50,947 nt of DNA, from positions 1 through 50,947 of the IMG/VR virus record IMGVR_UViG_3300042904_000032. One strand, 5' to 3'. Below, piece after piece: positions 7,569-16,990 of the stretch. The position numbers and the translations under genes are program-made. Every line of letters starts with the position of its first letter. Position 1 is the first letter of the stretch. The notes under the pieces were generated by a model that saw only the letters and a list, made by a program, of their open reading frames with translations, made no database searches and was not told the origin of the DNA. The DNA comes from a virus. Taxonomy: Duplodnaviria > Caudoviricetes.

Positions 7569-8745
7569 ATCTAGTTAGTAACAATTTATCTAACTCCTCA
7601 GGGCAATTTTGTAGGTTAGGACGGGATGATGAAAGGCGGCCCGTGCGGGCGACGTTTTGATTATATTGACCATGAATCAGATTGTCTTGCCATCGTAATG
7701 TAGTCATAAGTTTATGCATACTCTCCAACATTTCCACTACCTTAGAGACTTTAGCACGCTTATCAAGGAGGTCGAGTAAATCCTTATCCTCTTTCCTTCG
7801 GCTTTTAAGTTGCTTAAGAGTCGGCTCATTGGTTTCGTAAAAGAGAGTTCCTTTGTATGTAGGTGCCAAGCATTTCTTGACTGTCGTGCCTTCAAGCGGT
7901 TTAAAGCGGAGTGGGAACGAAATCTCTTTTGTATGCCATGAGCGTTTAACGTATGCCTGCCCTTTCTTTTCGCCGGTCTTGTACACCGCGGGTTCTTCTG
8001 TTGCATACGGATAACTACCATTTCCGCCGTAGATGAGAAGAGATAGATCGTCTCCAGAATTCCAATTGAAATAGGCTTTCGCCTCTTCAGGTATAAAAGT
8101 CCAGAGCTTCTGATCGATAACATCTAAATCATCCTTATAACATCTGAGAGCATAATCAGCACCTTCGTAGTCCCATTTAGCCCCGTTCCATTCTGCTTCC
8201 ATGAGAGTCTTCATGTCCTCCCCTTCTAGAAGCACCAGCGACCTTTGCTTCTCATTCAAAGCCTGTTGCTGCAAAGGGAGCACCTCATAAATGGCCTCAA
8301 CATCCCGGATGTTATATGGCTTAAGAATTTCTATTGGAATGTCTGGTGTATCAATCCCCAATTCCCAATATTCTTTTACCTTATCTTCCTTGGGATCTAG
8401 ACCATAACTTTTTAAGGTGTCATCGAGACTTGCATAGGAAAGGGTTTGCCCAGAAAGAATGAATTCTCCTAGCTGTACATCCCAAATGACACAATCAGGC
8501 GGTGGAGTCCAATTTAGAACACGACGAATCCATAGCAAATCAAACTTACAAGCAAAGTTGACAAAACGAGAGCAACGGCTGAGGGCTTGTCGAAGGACAT
8601 CAAGGAAGTCAATGTCTGTGTAATATTTCCAAATAGTTGGTTCATCATCAATCTTTAAAGCATAGGAAACTAGAAAATTCTGGGGATCAAATACATGACC
8701 CTTATTCTTGGTTGTTGTCTCTACATCAAGAATTACTTGTGCCAT
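7561..8745 (-). CDS. polA: Family A DNA polymerase, N-terminal part (3'-5' exonuclease and thumb)
   Basis: ExoI LDVETT, ExoII KFDL, ExoIII YN..DV, TGRLSSSRPNLQN. Confidence 0.93.
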   Translation of the reverse strand: MAQVILDVETTTKNKGHVFDPQNFLVSYALKIDDEPTIWKYYTDIDFLDVLRQALSRCSRFVNFACKFDLLWIRRVLNWTPPPDCVIWDVQLGEFILSGQTLSYASLDDTLKSYGLDPKEDKVKEYWELGIDTPDIPIEILKPYNIRDVEAIYEVLPLQQQALNEKQRSLVLLEGEDMKTLMEAEWNGAKWDYEGADYALRCYKDDLDVIDQKLWTFIPEEAKAYFNWNSGDDLSLLIYGGNGSYPYATEEPAVYKTGEKKGQAYVKRSWHTKEISFPLRFKPLEGTTVKKCLAPTYKGTLFYETNEPTLKQLKSRRKEDKDLLDLLDKRAKVSKVVEMLESMHKLMTTLRWQDNLIHGQYNQNVARTGRLSSSRPNLQNCPEELDKLLLTRYE

Positions 8746-8748
8746 TCA

Positions 8749-9987
8749 TCATGCGTAGTCAATGATGTCTTCATATCTTGCCTGTTGTGTGTTAATCAGC
8801 ACTTCAAAATGCCCATGTTTAAGGGCTGGATCAGAGTCAGGATCACCAAACAACTTGTTCTTGCTTATAGCGAGATAACGCACTCGTTCAAGAGTTTGTT
8901 CATGGACCTTTCCAATTCCCAATACCCAATCTGCTTCGGCTTGGACAGCTGTTTTAGCATTGGCAACGTGGCCCATATTAAGGTAACGCACTCCTTCTGC
9001 TGTTCCGTCAGCTTGTGATACTCCAATGGAGGCATGACCTTCTTTAGCAAGTTCTCTAGCCCATTGGAAAATGCTTCCCAATCGTAGGTCTTCTCGGTCG
9101 TTTTGGAATCCTTTAATTTTAGGTAATTGGTCATATACCACAAGAGCAGGTTCCTCTGAGGAAACAAGGTCTTCAACATCGCGCTTGCCGATGTTAGCAG
9201 AATCATATAGCTGCCAATTATCACCCACACTATTAAGGAACTCCCGTTCATAGAACGCCTCATTCCCCATAAGCTGAGTCAAATCACATCCAAAGAAAGC
9301 CTGTAGTACCCGGAGATTTACCTTGTCTCCCTGTTCCTCATTACAGAACCAGATTACAGGTCTGTCTGTTTGTTGCAGGAAATTAGAAACTTCCGAGGCC
9401 AGGAAGGTAGTTTTCCCTGTTTCAGGTCTAGCGAATATGAATCCAAAGTCCCCAGCACGTAAGGATCCAAGGCTCTTGTTGAGGCAATTAAGTCTCCAAC
9501 GTAATCCTTGCGATTTATAGGTGTTGTGAAGAAGATCGCCCAGCTTGTTGGAAACTCGCCGTAATTGTAGGTGATTGGTGGTAGGTTGGTGTAGTTGCTC
9601 ATATAACTTTAAAAGGGTCTCTAGATTGCCTTCTCCCTTACTAAGCTTAAAGGCCTCCTCAGACAGCTTTAAAGCCTCTCTACGCTGCTTTAGCTGCACC
9701 AGGAGTGCTTCGGGCACCCCCTCGCTTAAACCCTCGGTACGTAGTCTCTCAAACAAGCCCTCATACAAGGCCCTGTCACAGGAGGGATATTTATTGAAGA
9801 AGAAAGCAGACAGATCGTTTAGAGAAACGTCTGTAGCAATGTTATTGTGAAGATCTTCTAGAGCTTCATAGAGATAATAGATTTCCTTAGATATGTCTTT
9901 AATGTCTTTAAGACTTACATATTGAAAATAACTATTAAACTTACTTTTCTCTAGAAGACATAAAATTAGAGTTAGTTCTGGATTCAT
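8749..9987 (-). CDS. DnaB-like (SF4) replicative helicase
   Basis: Walker A ARPETGKT, NEE, VVYDQL, SQA, EAD, KNK motifs. Confidence 0.92.
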   Translation of the reverse strand: MNPELTLILCLLEKSKFNSYFQYVSLKDIKDISKEIYYLYEALEDLHNNIATDVSLNDLSAFFFNKYPSCDRALYEGLFERLRTEGLSEGVPEALLVQLKQRREALKLSEEAFKLSKGEGNLETLLKLYEQLHQPTTNHLQLRRVSNKLGDLLHNTYKSQGLRWRLNCLNKSLGSLRAGDFGFIFARPETGKTTFLASEVSNFLQQTDRPVIWFCNEEQGDKVNLRVLQAFFGCDLTQLMGNEAFYEREFLNSVGDNWQLYDSANIGKRDVEDLVSSEEPALVVYDQLPKIKGFQNDREDLRLGSIFQWARELAKEGHASIGVSQADGTAEGVRYLNMGHVANAKTAVQAEADWVLGIGKVHEQTLERVRYLAISKNKLFGDPDSDPALKHGHFEVLINTQQARYEDIIDYA

Positions 9988-10016
9988 TTAATCATATAAA
10001 TATATCTTCGTTTAAG

Positions 10017-10070
10017 AAAGAAAATAAATCCCCCCTCCCCCTTACTGTGTTTACCGTTTAAAGTAAGGGG
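10017..10070 (-). other. Hairpin plus G5AG6 tract plus U-rich tract (candidate origin primer or attenuator element)
   Basis: Perfect 9-bp stem 10038-10046/10062-10070; minus strand reads GGGGGAGGGGGG then ATTTATTTT; related element at 24421-24470. Confidence 0.5.
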
Positions 10071-10102
10071 TTTGCATACGCTAAAAAAACAAAGAAGCTA
10101 AT

Positions 10103-10131
10103 AGCTTAGCAGAATTTGTAACAGCTGTCAA
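10103..10131 (-). promoter_or_regulatory. Sigma70 promoter upstream of the helicase gene
   Basis: TTGACA-17 bp-TAAGCT with extended -10 TG. Confidence 0.75.
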
Positions 10132-10137
10132 GCTTTT

Positions 10138-10356
10138 TCACGTTTCCATAGGGTTATCACTTAGAGCCCCACAGCCAACTTTGTAGTTGGTGCCTGGAAG
10201 GGTGAGCACCCCACCTTGGTTATAACAGAAGCCAAATACAGCTCGCTCCCCGAATTCCCGGCCCTGAGCATGCCGATGCTCCCCATAGAAATACCCGCCA
10301 ATGATGGGGCTAACACCAATGAGAGCCATAACTACAATTTTAACATACTTGTTCAT
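10138..10356 (-). CDS. Small membrane-anchored protein
   Basis: N-terminal hydrophobic helix, two Cys; ATGA overlap with primase. Confidence 0.65.
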   Translation of the reverse strand: MNKYVKIVVMALIGVSPIIGGYFYGEHRHAQGREFGERAVFGFCYNQGGVLTLPGTNYKVGCGALSDNPMET

Positions 10357-11093
10357 TTCAATACTTCCTTAATTTCATCTAACGACAAAGCCTTGGGGTC
10401 TTTTGTCGTGGTAATAATTTTCACAGGCCTGCCAGTGAGTAATTCCAATCTGGCCGCCTTTTTAAATGATCGACCTTCTTGATCCTTGTCTAACCAAAGA
10501 ACAATAGGGCGATCTGATTTATCCGAGAGATAATATAAATGGGCTGGATGGATTTCAGTGCCGAATAATGGTAGAGCCTCCGTTATTTGACCAACCTTAT
10601 TAGCACTTAACCAGTCTTCAACCAATATTGTTTGTGCTGCTTGATGGGTTTCCCCCACTGGAAAAGCACCTTTGTGAGAATCTCCTCGGGTGAACCATTT
10701 GCTTCCTTCTCCCCGGATGAGTCTTCCGATGGAAAAGGCCATACTTCCCACGGAGGGAATGCAGAAATAGAGTCGCCCTTCTTTTTCAGAATAGCCGCAG
10801 TTTTCTTTCCAGAAGCTATATGGGAGTCCAAATTGGAGGAGCCATTTCCAAGCCTCTGTAGGAACTTCTCTGGACCAGTCAGTAGGTAGGGTACCTGCTT
10901 GGACATTTAAGCGCTCCTGGGGCCGTTTAAGGGCCTTCTCAGGGCCTTCCCAAGGGGCCGCGACATGCAGTCCACAAGCAAAGCAATGTTTTGTACCATT
11001 TTGGAAGTGTTTAAGGTTGTCTCCGGAACTGTCTTGCCCACGATCCCTACACCTCGGACAGGGGGAACAATTCCTCATCATCGTCATCTTCAA
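10353..11093 (-). CDS. DNA primase (Zn finger plus TOPRIM)
   Basis: CPRC...HCFACG, LVED..SA, WLDKD, DPK motifs; exact start uncertain. Confidence 0.88.
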   Translation of the reverse strand: MKMTMMRNCSPCPRCRDRGQDSSGDNLKHFQNGTKHCFACGLHVAAPWEGPEKALKRPQERLNVQAGTLPTDWSREVPTEAWKWLLQFGLPYSFWKENCGYSEKEGRLYFCIPSVGSMAFSIGRLIRGEGSKWFTRGDSHKGAFPVGETHQAAQTILVEDWLSANKVGQITEALPLFGTEIHPAHLYYLSDKSDRPIVLWLDKDQEGRSFKKAARLELLTGRPVKIITTTKDPKALSLDEIKEVLK

Positions 11094-11250
11094 GATAATT
11101 AATACATTTGTCTAGATCAGATCTACCAATGGTAGGAATATTTAATCCAGCCAAACATTTATTACAAGTATCTAGGAATTCTAGAGTTTCCGCGTGGCGG
11201 AGAGTGCTCTCATAATCTGACAGATTCCTGTCACAGCAAATACACCTCAT
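11047..11250 (-). CDS. Small CxxC...CxxC zinc-finger protein
   Basis: MRCICCD..LSDYE...DTCNKC; acidic tail. Confidence 0.75.
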   Translation of the reverse strand: MRCICCDRNLSDYESTLRHAETLEFLDTCNKCLAGLNIPTIGRSDLDKCINYLEDDDDEELFPLSEV

Positions 11251-11441
11251 GAAAGATCCTCGTATTTATCCTTAAGAAGCTCCAACGGCTGCCACCACAG
11301 ACCACCACCGCAACCGCGTACCTGGACATAGGGTTTTCCTAGAAAATATTTAGTAGGTGTTACTAGAAATGCCCCATAATCTAGAAATCGAACATATTTT
11401 ACACCAAATAATTTAGCATTAAGCCACTGAAAAGGATTCAT
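11247..11441 (-). CDS. Hypothetical protein
   Basis: ATGA overlaps at both ends. Confidence 0.65.
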   Translation of the reverse strand: MNPFQWLNAKLFGVKYVRFLDYGAFLVTPTKYFLGKPYVQVRGCGGGLWWQPLELLKDKYEDLS

Positions 11442-11719
11442 TCTACTGCTTTCTTAGTACCAATTACTACAATATTACCTTGATCTTTTGATCGATAATA
11501 ATGATTCTTATTATGTGCTTTAGGGGAAATATAATGGATATCAAATTCCTTGTCGTTCTTTAGCGATTCTAGGAAATTGCTATCCTGCTGAGAAGGATCA
11601 ACTACAAAAATAATAGTATCTCCAATATTATATTTAGATAGTCCTTTATATTCCCAGGCATTCCTACCCCAAGAATATTGCACTACATTATATCGCAACG
11701 CTCCTTCAACGACGGACAT
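11438..11719 (-). CDS. Hypothetical protein
   Basis: GGAG RBS before ATG at 11719. Confidence 0.65.
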   Translation of the reverse strand: MSVVEGALRYNVVQYSWGRNAWEYKGLSKYNIGDTIIFVVDPSQQDSNFLESLKNDKEFDIHYISPKAHNKNHYYRSKDQGNIVVIGTKKAVE

Positions 11720-11960
11720 TAAAATGCTCCGCAAGTTTAATCATTACAGTGAGGGGCCCGTTAGGTGTGCTCACATGAGCAATGTGCACCCCATCTGTAT
11801 TTTCAGTGGGGGTCTTATGAATTCCTCCAATTACACGAATACCCTTATTTACTTTAGGCTGCTTCATTGTTTGTACAAGAGGATCCATCCCACAGCATTG
11901 ACATGGAAAAGAACGTACTGATTTAACGTTCTTATTCACCTTAGGAAGAGTTTTAGACAT
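11706..11960 (-). CDS. Hypothetical protein
   Basis: ATG at 11960 overlaps the upstream gene end; MSKTLPKVNK...CQCCG. Confidence 0.55.
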   Translation of the reverse strand: MSKTLPKVNKNVKSVRSFPCQCCGMDPLVQTMKQPKVNKGIRVIGGIHKTPTENTDGVHIAHVSTPNGPLTVMIKLAEHFNVRR

Positions 11961-12423
11961 TCTCTTGAGCTGCTTTCCATACTTCTTCGTAACGAGCCTT
12001 ACCAGATCTAGCAAGATCTTTAGGCATTTTCCCATGATGAGCAGCCCAACCGGACTGCGAATACCATTCATCGAAACTAAGTTTCTTCTTAGCCCGATTC
12101 AATGGGGTAAGTTGTCGTTCAGGAATGGTTACTCCCTCTGCTGACGGTTGTGTGTGGGCGGCCTTGGCGAGCAATGCGCGGGCCGATGTCACAACATCGA
12201 GATCCGGCACGCCCCTGGCAACCATGTCCAGGACGGAGCGCAACGCCGTCAGCAATTCCCCCTGCCCTGCCTCTGCGGCAAAAGTAGGCTTTACATTTTC
12301 TACTTGGCGTTGAGCAACCGGAATGCCATAGGCTGCTTGTTTACGTTCAATGTATTCGGACAAGGTCTTGTCCTCACGGATCTGCCCCGCGTCTTTACTC
12401 TTATGAGCAGGTTTATGAAACAT
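11953..12423 (-). CDS. Hypothetical protein with an internal GC-rich in-frame insert
   Basis: Probable ATG at 12423; segment 12135-12276 differs in composition. Confidence 0.65.
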   Translation of the reverse strand: MFHKPAHKSKDAGQIREDKTLSEYIERKQAAYGIPVAQRQVENVKPTFAAEAGQGELLTALRSVLDMVARGVPDLDVVTSARALLAKAAHTQPSAEGVTIPERQLTPLNRAKKKLSFDEWYSQSGWAAHHGKMPKDLARSGKARYEEVWKAAQENV

Positions 12424-12634
12424 TTCCAAACGCCTCAATATCGTCGGTTGGATCATCAAAGAAATACAGCGACTCTGTGTCGACTTCAATTACTGGGGAG
12501 TCATCACCATCACACTGAAAGTAAGGGTAATTTTCCATTGCATCACGCCAAGCTTGCGCCTGTTCACGCGTTTTAAACCTTCGCGCGCGGCAAGTCCCAT
12601 CACCAAGATTATCCATTACTTCATACCATTTCAT
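12413..12634 (-). CDS. Hypothetical acidic protein
   Basis: ATGA-coupled to the ATP-grasp gene. Confidence 0.7.
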   Translation of the reverse strand: MKWYEVMDNLGDGTCRARRFKTREQAQAWRDAMENYPYFQCDGDDSPVIEVDTESLYFFDDPTDDIEAFGNVS

Positions 12635-13335
12635 TGGAAATACTCCTTCAAAGCATTAACATAATTAACCAATGTAGTACCCATAAGACCGGGGCGACTA
12701 TTCACCTCAAGCACATAACACATATTACGTTTCTCGTTATAAATAATATCCACTGCCCCATAGTTGTAATCACAAGCAGCTACCGCTTTGGTCGCCAATT
12801 CCAACATCCCTTCAGGAGGCACCACATCATTCCGAACATATACATAACCATTAACACAATTACGAACACGGGTGTCCCTATCGCCCTCAAAACCACGTTT
12901 CTTTTTCTTCTGTTGTACATCAATTACTTTTCCGTGGAAGACATGGACCCGGTATTCAGCTTTCTTTGGGATGTATTCTGTATAGACAGATGCTCTAGGA
13001 TACTCTGCATCACCTGACTCAAATTCGATAATTCCACGGCCATTTGTGCTATTGATGAGTGCACGGGCGAAGAGTGTTTTTGCATCAAGTTGCTTAGCCT
13101 CTTCGACACTCGTTGCGTACGCAGGAGCGCTGATTTGATTTTCTCGGAATCGTTCATATTGTTCAATCTTGTCCAAAGGATGTTGTGTAACTATAAATGC
13201 CTTATGTTTCCATTGACGTTTCTGTGACCAGCGACGAGAAGAAATCCGAAAAGATTGCATCCCGTCTGATGATAGACCTTGTTGCAAGGCCTTCGCAAAC
13301 TTTGATCCCACTGGATCAACAACAATATATTTCAT
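12631..13335 (-). CDS. ATP-grasp peptide ligase (RimK/glutathione synthetase-like)
   Basis: DK..Q...F, EYRVHV, GAVDII, YVLEVNSRPG motifs. Confidence 0.9.
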   Translation of the reverse strand: MKYIVVDPVGSKFAKALQQGLSSDGMQSFRISSRRWSQKRQWKHKAFIVTQHPLDKIEQYERFRENQISAPAYATSVEEAKQLDAKTLFARALINSTNGRGIIEFESGDAEYPRASVYTEYIPKKAEYRVHVFHGKVIDVQQKKKKRGFEGDRDTRVRNCVNGYVYVRNDVVPPEGMLELATKAVAACDYNYGAVDIIYNEKRNMCYVLEVNSRPGLMGTTLVNYVNALKEYFQ

Positions 13336-14570
13336 TACGATGCCAAACTTTTACATTCCACTACATCAGTGACTTCCAGCATAGCATGATATTGCTTGGT
13401 GCCAGACAGATAACGGGCCATAAGAATATCCGGCCGTGCTTTAAAGAAATTCGTTGAATAATTCACCATTTCTGTTTCACTTTTGCAATCAACCTTCCAT
13501 ACACATACCAATCCCTGATCCCTATCTCCCTCATCCTCTCCAGTCATATTAGACCAACACAAGATACCCCACACATAATATTCTGTGCAATTAGGGGAAT
13601 CGTACATTGGTTGATAATCCTGTCCTTCAATGAGAATGTGACCTGTAACCAGCTTGTTATATCGATGACGAAGGTGGGGAATTACTGATTCGTCATATAC
13701 CTCCACAAACTTCTCAGGGATGACTCGAAAAAGATCTAGAGGACTCTTTCGCCCGAAATGATGCCTATTGCTAGCTTGTGGAGCAGGTAAAGTGCGTTGA
13801 TGATAATTGCCCCCTAGATAGGATCCCCATTCCGCCCCATCCCAAGCAGCACCTGAATATTTATATTCAATGTCTTGATGATTTTCTTTGTATTTATCTC
13901 CATCCATATTAAAGGAAAGAAGTTGACCCTCTTTCACATCATACGGAGGATTTTTAAATTCCAACCCAGCACGACTACCAGCTAGTGCCAACATATCTTT
14001 CTCAGAGCCTAGCAACACACCTCCGTCTTTAAGGTAACCAATAGCGAGCGGCCGATCTTCATTATGGATGGCATAAATAGTCGATTCTTTTACATTGTAC
14101 CAGACAAATGTAAATGCAGCATTAAGTTTCTTAAGGGCCTCAGAAATAGAGGTAGATTCAGCAATTACATGGGCGCATGCTTCCGTGTCTACTTCCGTAT
14201 CCTTATGCTTTTTATGATCCCCTTTATAGGTACCATTTTGCATAAGAATAATATTGTCATTTACGACAAACGGATGAGCATTCTCATCTGTCTTTGCTCC
14301 GCGGGTGGCAGCCCGATTGTGAGCAAAAGCCCAGCGGCCTTTATGAATCAATTCTGAACGGGAATCTTTCCATTCCTTTGTGCTGAGAAAAGCAAATCCA
14401 GGCATTGCTGCTTTATGCACTTGAATATTTTTCTTATTATCTGCATACATAATCCCCGTTGCATCAAAGCCACGGAGAGTATCCATATAAATAAGTTCTT
14501 CTAGTGCCTGGGCCTCTTTGCTACTAAAACCATTACTATAAGAACTAATAATTCCCACAATTCCACACAT
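13335..14570 (-). CDS. Class II (Ntn) glutamine amidotransferase
   Basis: MCGIVG, RG.DATG, HNRAATRG, NAHPF, NGT, VDTE motifs. Confidence 0.92.
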   Translation of the reverse strand: MCGIVGIISSYSNGFSSKEAQALEELIYMDTLRGFDATGIMYADNKKNIQVHKAAMPGFAFLSTKEWKDSRSELIHKGRWAFAHNRAATRGAKTDENAHPFVVNDNIILMQNGTYKGDHKKHKDTEVDTEACAHVIAESTSISEALKKLNAAFTFVWYNVKESTIYAIHNEDRPLAIGYLKDGGVLLGSEKDMLALAGSRAGLEFKNPPYDVKEGQLLSFNMDGDKYKENHQDIEYKYSGAAWDGAEWGSYLGGNYHQRTLPAPQASNRHHFGRKSPLDLFRVIPEKFVEVYDESVIPHLRHRYNKLVTGHILIEGQDYQPMYDSPNCTEYYVWGILCWSNMTGEDEGDRDQGLVCVWKVDCKSETEMVNYSTNFFKARPDILMARYLSGTKQYHAMLEVTDVVECKSLAS

Positions 14571-14579
14571 ATTTATTCC

Positions 14580-15641
14580 TTATCGACGCCGAGCTGGGCG
14601 AAGCATATTCGGCGGCGGATTATTAACAGCCGGGGGCATTTGAATGTGATGTTGAGGCCATTGGATCGGCGGCCGGTTAGCTAGAGTAGCTGGGCGAGCA
14701 CCCTCCCTCTGAATCTCCGCAAGCGCTTGGTCCACATTAAATTGGGCAGGTTCGGTAAGAGCGTCAAAGAAACCATCATCAATCACTCCGTACGATTCTG
14801 GAGTAACTTTAACATTATCATTGGTAATGGAGTATTTCATATTAATCACTCCATCCTCCATATTAGTACGATAGTTATTCAAATATAGCACCACATGAGC
14901 ATATTCACCAAACACTTGATGTGTAAAGCTATCGTATGCACTGGTTGTATTCAGGTCCATGATGATCGACCTAGTTTCTTCCATTTTATTATTGCGTGCA
15001 TAGGCAGTAAGGCAACCAATGAGATTACACCATTGAACAATCTTGCTTAGATCATTTGTGCCAGCCATATGCCGAAATTCAATGGTCCCCAATTCATAAA
15101 TAGGCAAGAGGTTAAGCGCAGTATATTTCTGCCATTTCTTACCCTTTTGAATTAGATTTCCTTCCAGCACACTATAGGTCAGATTCGTTGCATACCAAGG
15201 AACACAGAAAATATTCTTATCCCGTTCCTCTCCCACCCATTCAAAAAAACAACGTTCAAATACTTGATAAAGCATCAAGATTGTTTTTACTTGATCAGTG
15301 GTCATGTCTTGTACATTCACATGTACATGCACCGAGCAACGTTCAGAATAATTACTCTCTGTAAATTTATTCTTCTTAAAGAATTGATCCAACACGTAGA
15401 CCAATTCCCGCATCCTCATGGGATGAGTGACATATTCTGCGCCATGATTCCGCAAGCTGCCATCTTCATGGTATTCCATCCCTGGAACGCAATGGCTGCG
15501 ATAATCATCGTAGTTACATCCTTCAATCTCCAATTCTACGCCATAAATCAGCGTAGGATCAGTGCCCATTTCAGGCTCAATAAGCAATTTTGTGACTTTA
15601 TAAGGTTCTACAGGAACCAAACCCAAATCATTACACAACAT
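14580..15641 (-). CDS. Putative amidoligase (COOH-NH2 ligase, GCS fold)
   Basis: GVELEIE, DGSLR..G.E, CSVHVHVN, KY.ALNL, TIEFRH; GAGGTG RBS before ATG at 15641. Confidence 0.88.
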   Translation of the reverse strand: MLCNDLGLVPVEPYKVTKLLIEPEMGTDPTLIYGVELEIEGCNYDDYRSHCVPGMEYHEDGSLRNHGAEYVTHPMRMRELVYVLDQFFKKNKFTESNYSERCSVHVHVNVQDMTTDQVKTILMLYQVFERCFFEWVGEERDKNIFCVPWYATNLTYSVLEGNLIQKGKKWQKYTALNLLPIYELGTIEFRHMAGTNDLSKIVQWCNLIGCLTAYARNNKMEETRSIIMDLNTTSAYDSFTHQVFGEYAHVVLYLNNYRTNMEDGVINMKYSITNDNVKVTPESYGVIDDGFFDALTEPAQFNVDQALAEIQREGARPATLANRPPIQWPQHHIQMPPAVNNPPPNMLRPARRR

Positions 15642-16206
15642 ATTGCACCTCAAACGCCGTACCTGATCGCGCAACAGCGTCACGTAGCTCTTGATTAAAC
15701 AGTTTATTAGTGACAGTAATCGCATTTTTATTACGGGTACCTACCACACGGTCATACATATATACATCTTTCTTATTCATTGCAAAATGCTTTGAAAGCA
15801 CCACAATATTTTGATCTTTAGCCGTTAGATTTGAGCAAATATCTCTGACATTCTCAAAGGTCACGTCTTGCGCACGCATGCGATCAGTGAGTTTGACAAT
15901 TTGAGTATTTGCATTACTGATACCACGAGCAAATTGCCGCTGAGGAATACGGGAAACATAGTATGCACCACCATCAGATGATGTATACCAGCCCCGTTCC
16001 AATTGGGTAAATTCCCAAGACACCCCTTTATCAATAGCGGCGGTATAACTATAACCCGCTTCAGTATCAAATCTCACATACTCATCCCGCACTTGAGCAA
16101 TCTTAACTAGTTGTTTTTCCCCAACCTCAGGGATATACCAAGCGAAACAGTGGAGATAGCGTTGTTGAAAGTCTCGCCGGTTATCAGTAGTAAATGTGTC
16201 TTTCAT
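15631..16206 (-). CDS. Hypothetical protein within the ligase cluster
   Basis: Overlap-coupled between the two ligases. Confidence 0.75.
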   Translation of the reverse strand: MKDTFTTDNRRDFQQRYLHCFAWYIPEVGEKQLVKIAQVRDEYVRFDTEAGYSYTAAIDKGVSWEFTQLERGWYTSSDGGAYYVSRIPQRQFARGISNANTQIVKLTDRMRAQDVTFENVRDICSNLTAKDQNIVVLSKHFAMNKKDVYMYDRVVGTRNKNAITVTNKLFNQELRDAVARSGTAFEVQYVV

Positions 16207-16988
16207 TCCAGAATGGGTACATTATAAGTATTTACCAACATATAAGCCACATCCTTATTATTCTTGTTAATCGCATTGAACAGTGGCTCGCGCAACTTAT
16301 CAATATCAAAATCAGTGTCAAGCATTTGGAGAGCAAGGGTGGTGTTATCCCACACCCATGATCGTCTTTGTTCGTTAAACACCCAGAAATTACTCAGCAC
16401 CCGATATTCCAGGCCATAAGGCTTATATCGCACAGCGCCCATCTTCCCATAGAGTTGTTTACGAAGGTCACCGTCATCCATAAGAGTGGACGGGGCTCCA
16501 AGGAATAGATCCAATAGTTTACCCAAACGATTAGCTTGATCAACATCCTTAATGGGATAGCCAATGTGCACATGTCCCCCGCAAGACCGCAAAGACTTGT
16601 CCTTCGCATTGGGCCTCGGGTTAGGCTTATTGGTCCACACATTGAAATCCGGATCGCAGCCAAACATCTTAGCTGCTGGGCTGTCTAGTTCTTTTGCGTC
16701 AAAGCTACTCGCGGACAATCCAGACAACCGCAATCCATACATTTCAAACACTTGATCAGCGAGGAATGCCACAGTGTTACCAATACTTGCGACAAATTGT
16801 TCCCGATGATCTGCGGGAGGAATATTAAATTCAATGGCTACATTGTCCTCTTGCACCGCATAACCATCACCCAAAGGCAACGGCAGGGGATGCTCTTTAC
16901 TACCACCAATAAGGCCCACCGCGCTCTTAAGAGCACCGGCAGCATCCATCAGAAAAATTTCAGGGTCACAACCAAGAGTAAATTTCAC
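16203..16988 (-). CDS. phiEco32-like COOH-NH2 ligase type 2
   Basis: GCDPEIF, QEDNV..EFN, FGCDPD, RSCGGHVHIG, R..YG..G..R.KPYG.EYR.LSN.W. Confidence 0.92.
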   Translation of the reverse strand: MKFTLGCDPEIFLMDAAGALKSAVGLIGGSKEHPLPLPLGDGYAVQEDNVAIEFNIPPADHREQFVASIGNTVAFLADQVFEMYGLRLSGLSASSFDAKELDSPAAKMFGCDPDFNVWTNKPNPRPNAKDKSLRSCGGHVHIGYPIKDVDQANRLGKLLDLFLGAPSTLMDDGDLRKQLYGKMGAVRYKPYGLEYRVLSNFWVFNEQRRSWVWDNTTLALQMLDTDFDIDKLREPLFNAINKNNKDVAYMLVNTYNVPILE

Positions 16989-16990
16989 AA

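Noticed and set aside
1900-8745. Z-base or other modified-base pathway (HD hydrolase plus polymerase A)
   Set aside because: No PurZ, hydroxymethylase, glycosyltransferase or 7-deazaguanine genes recognised
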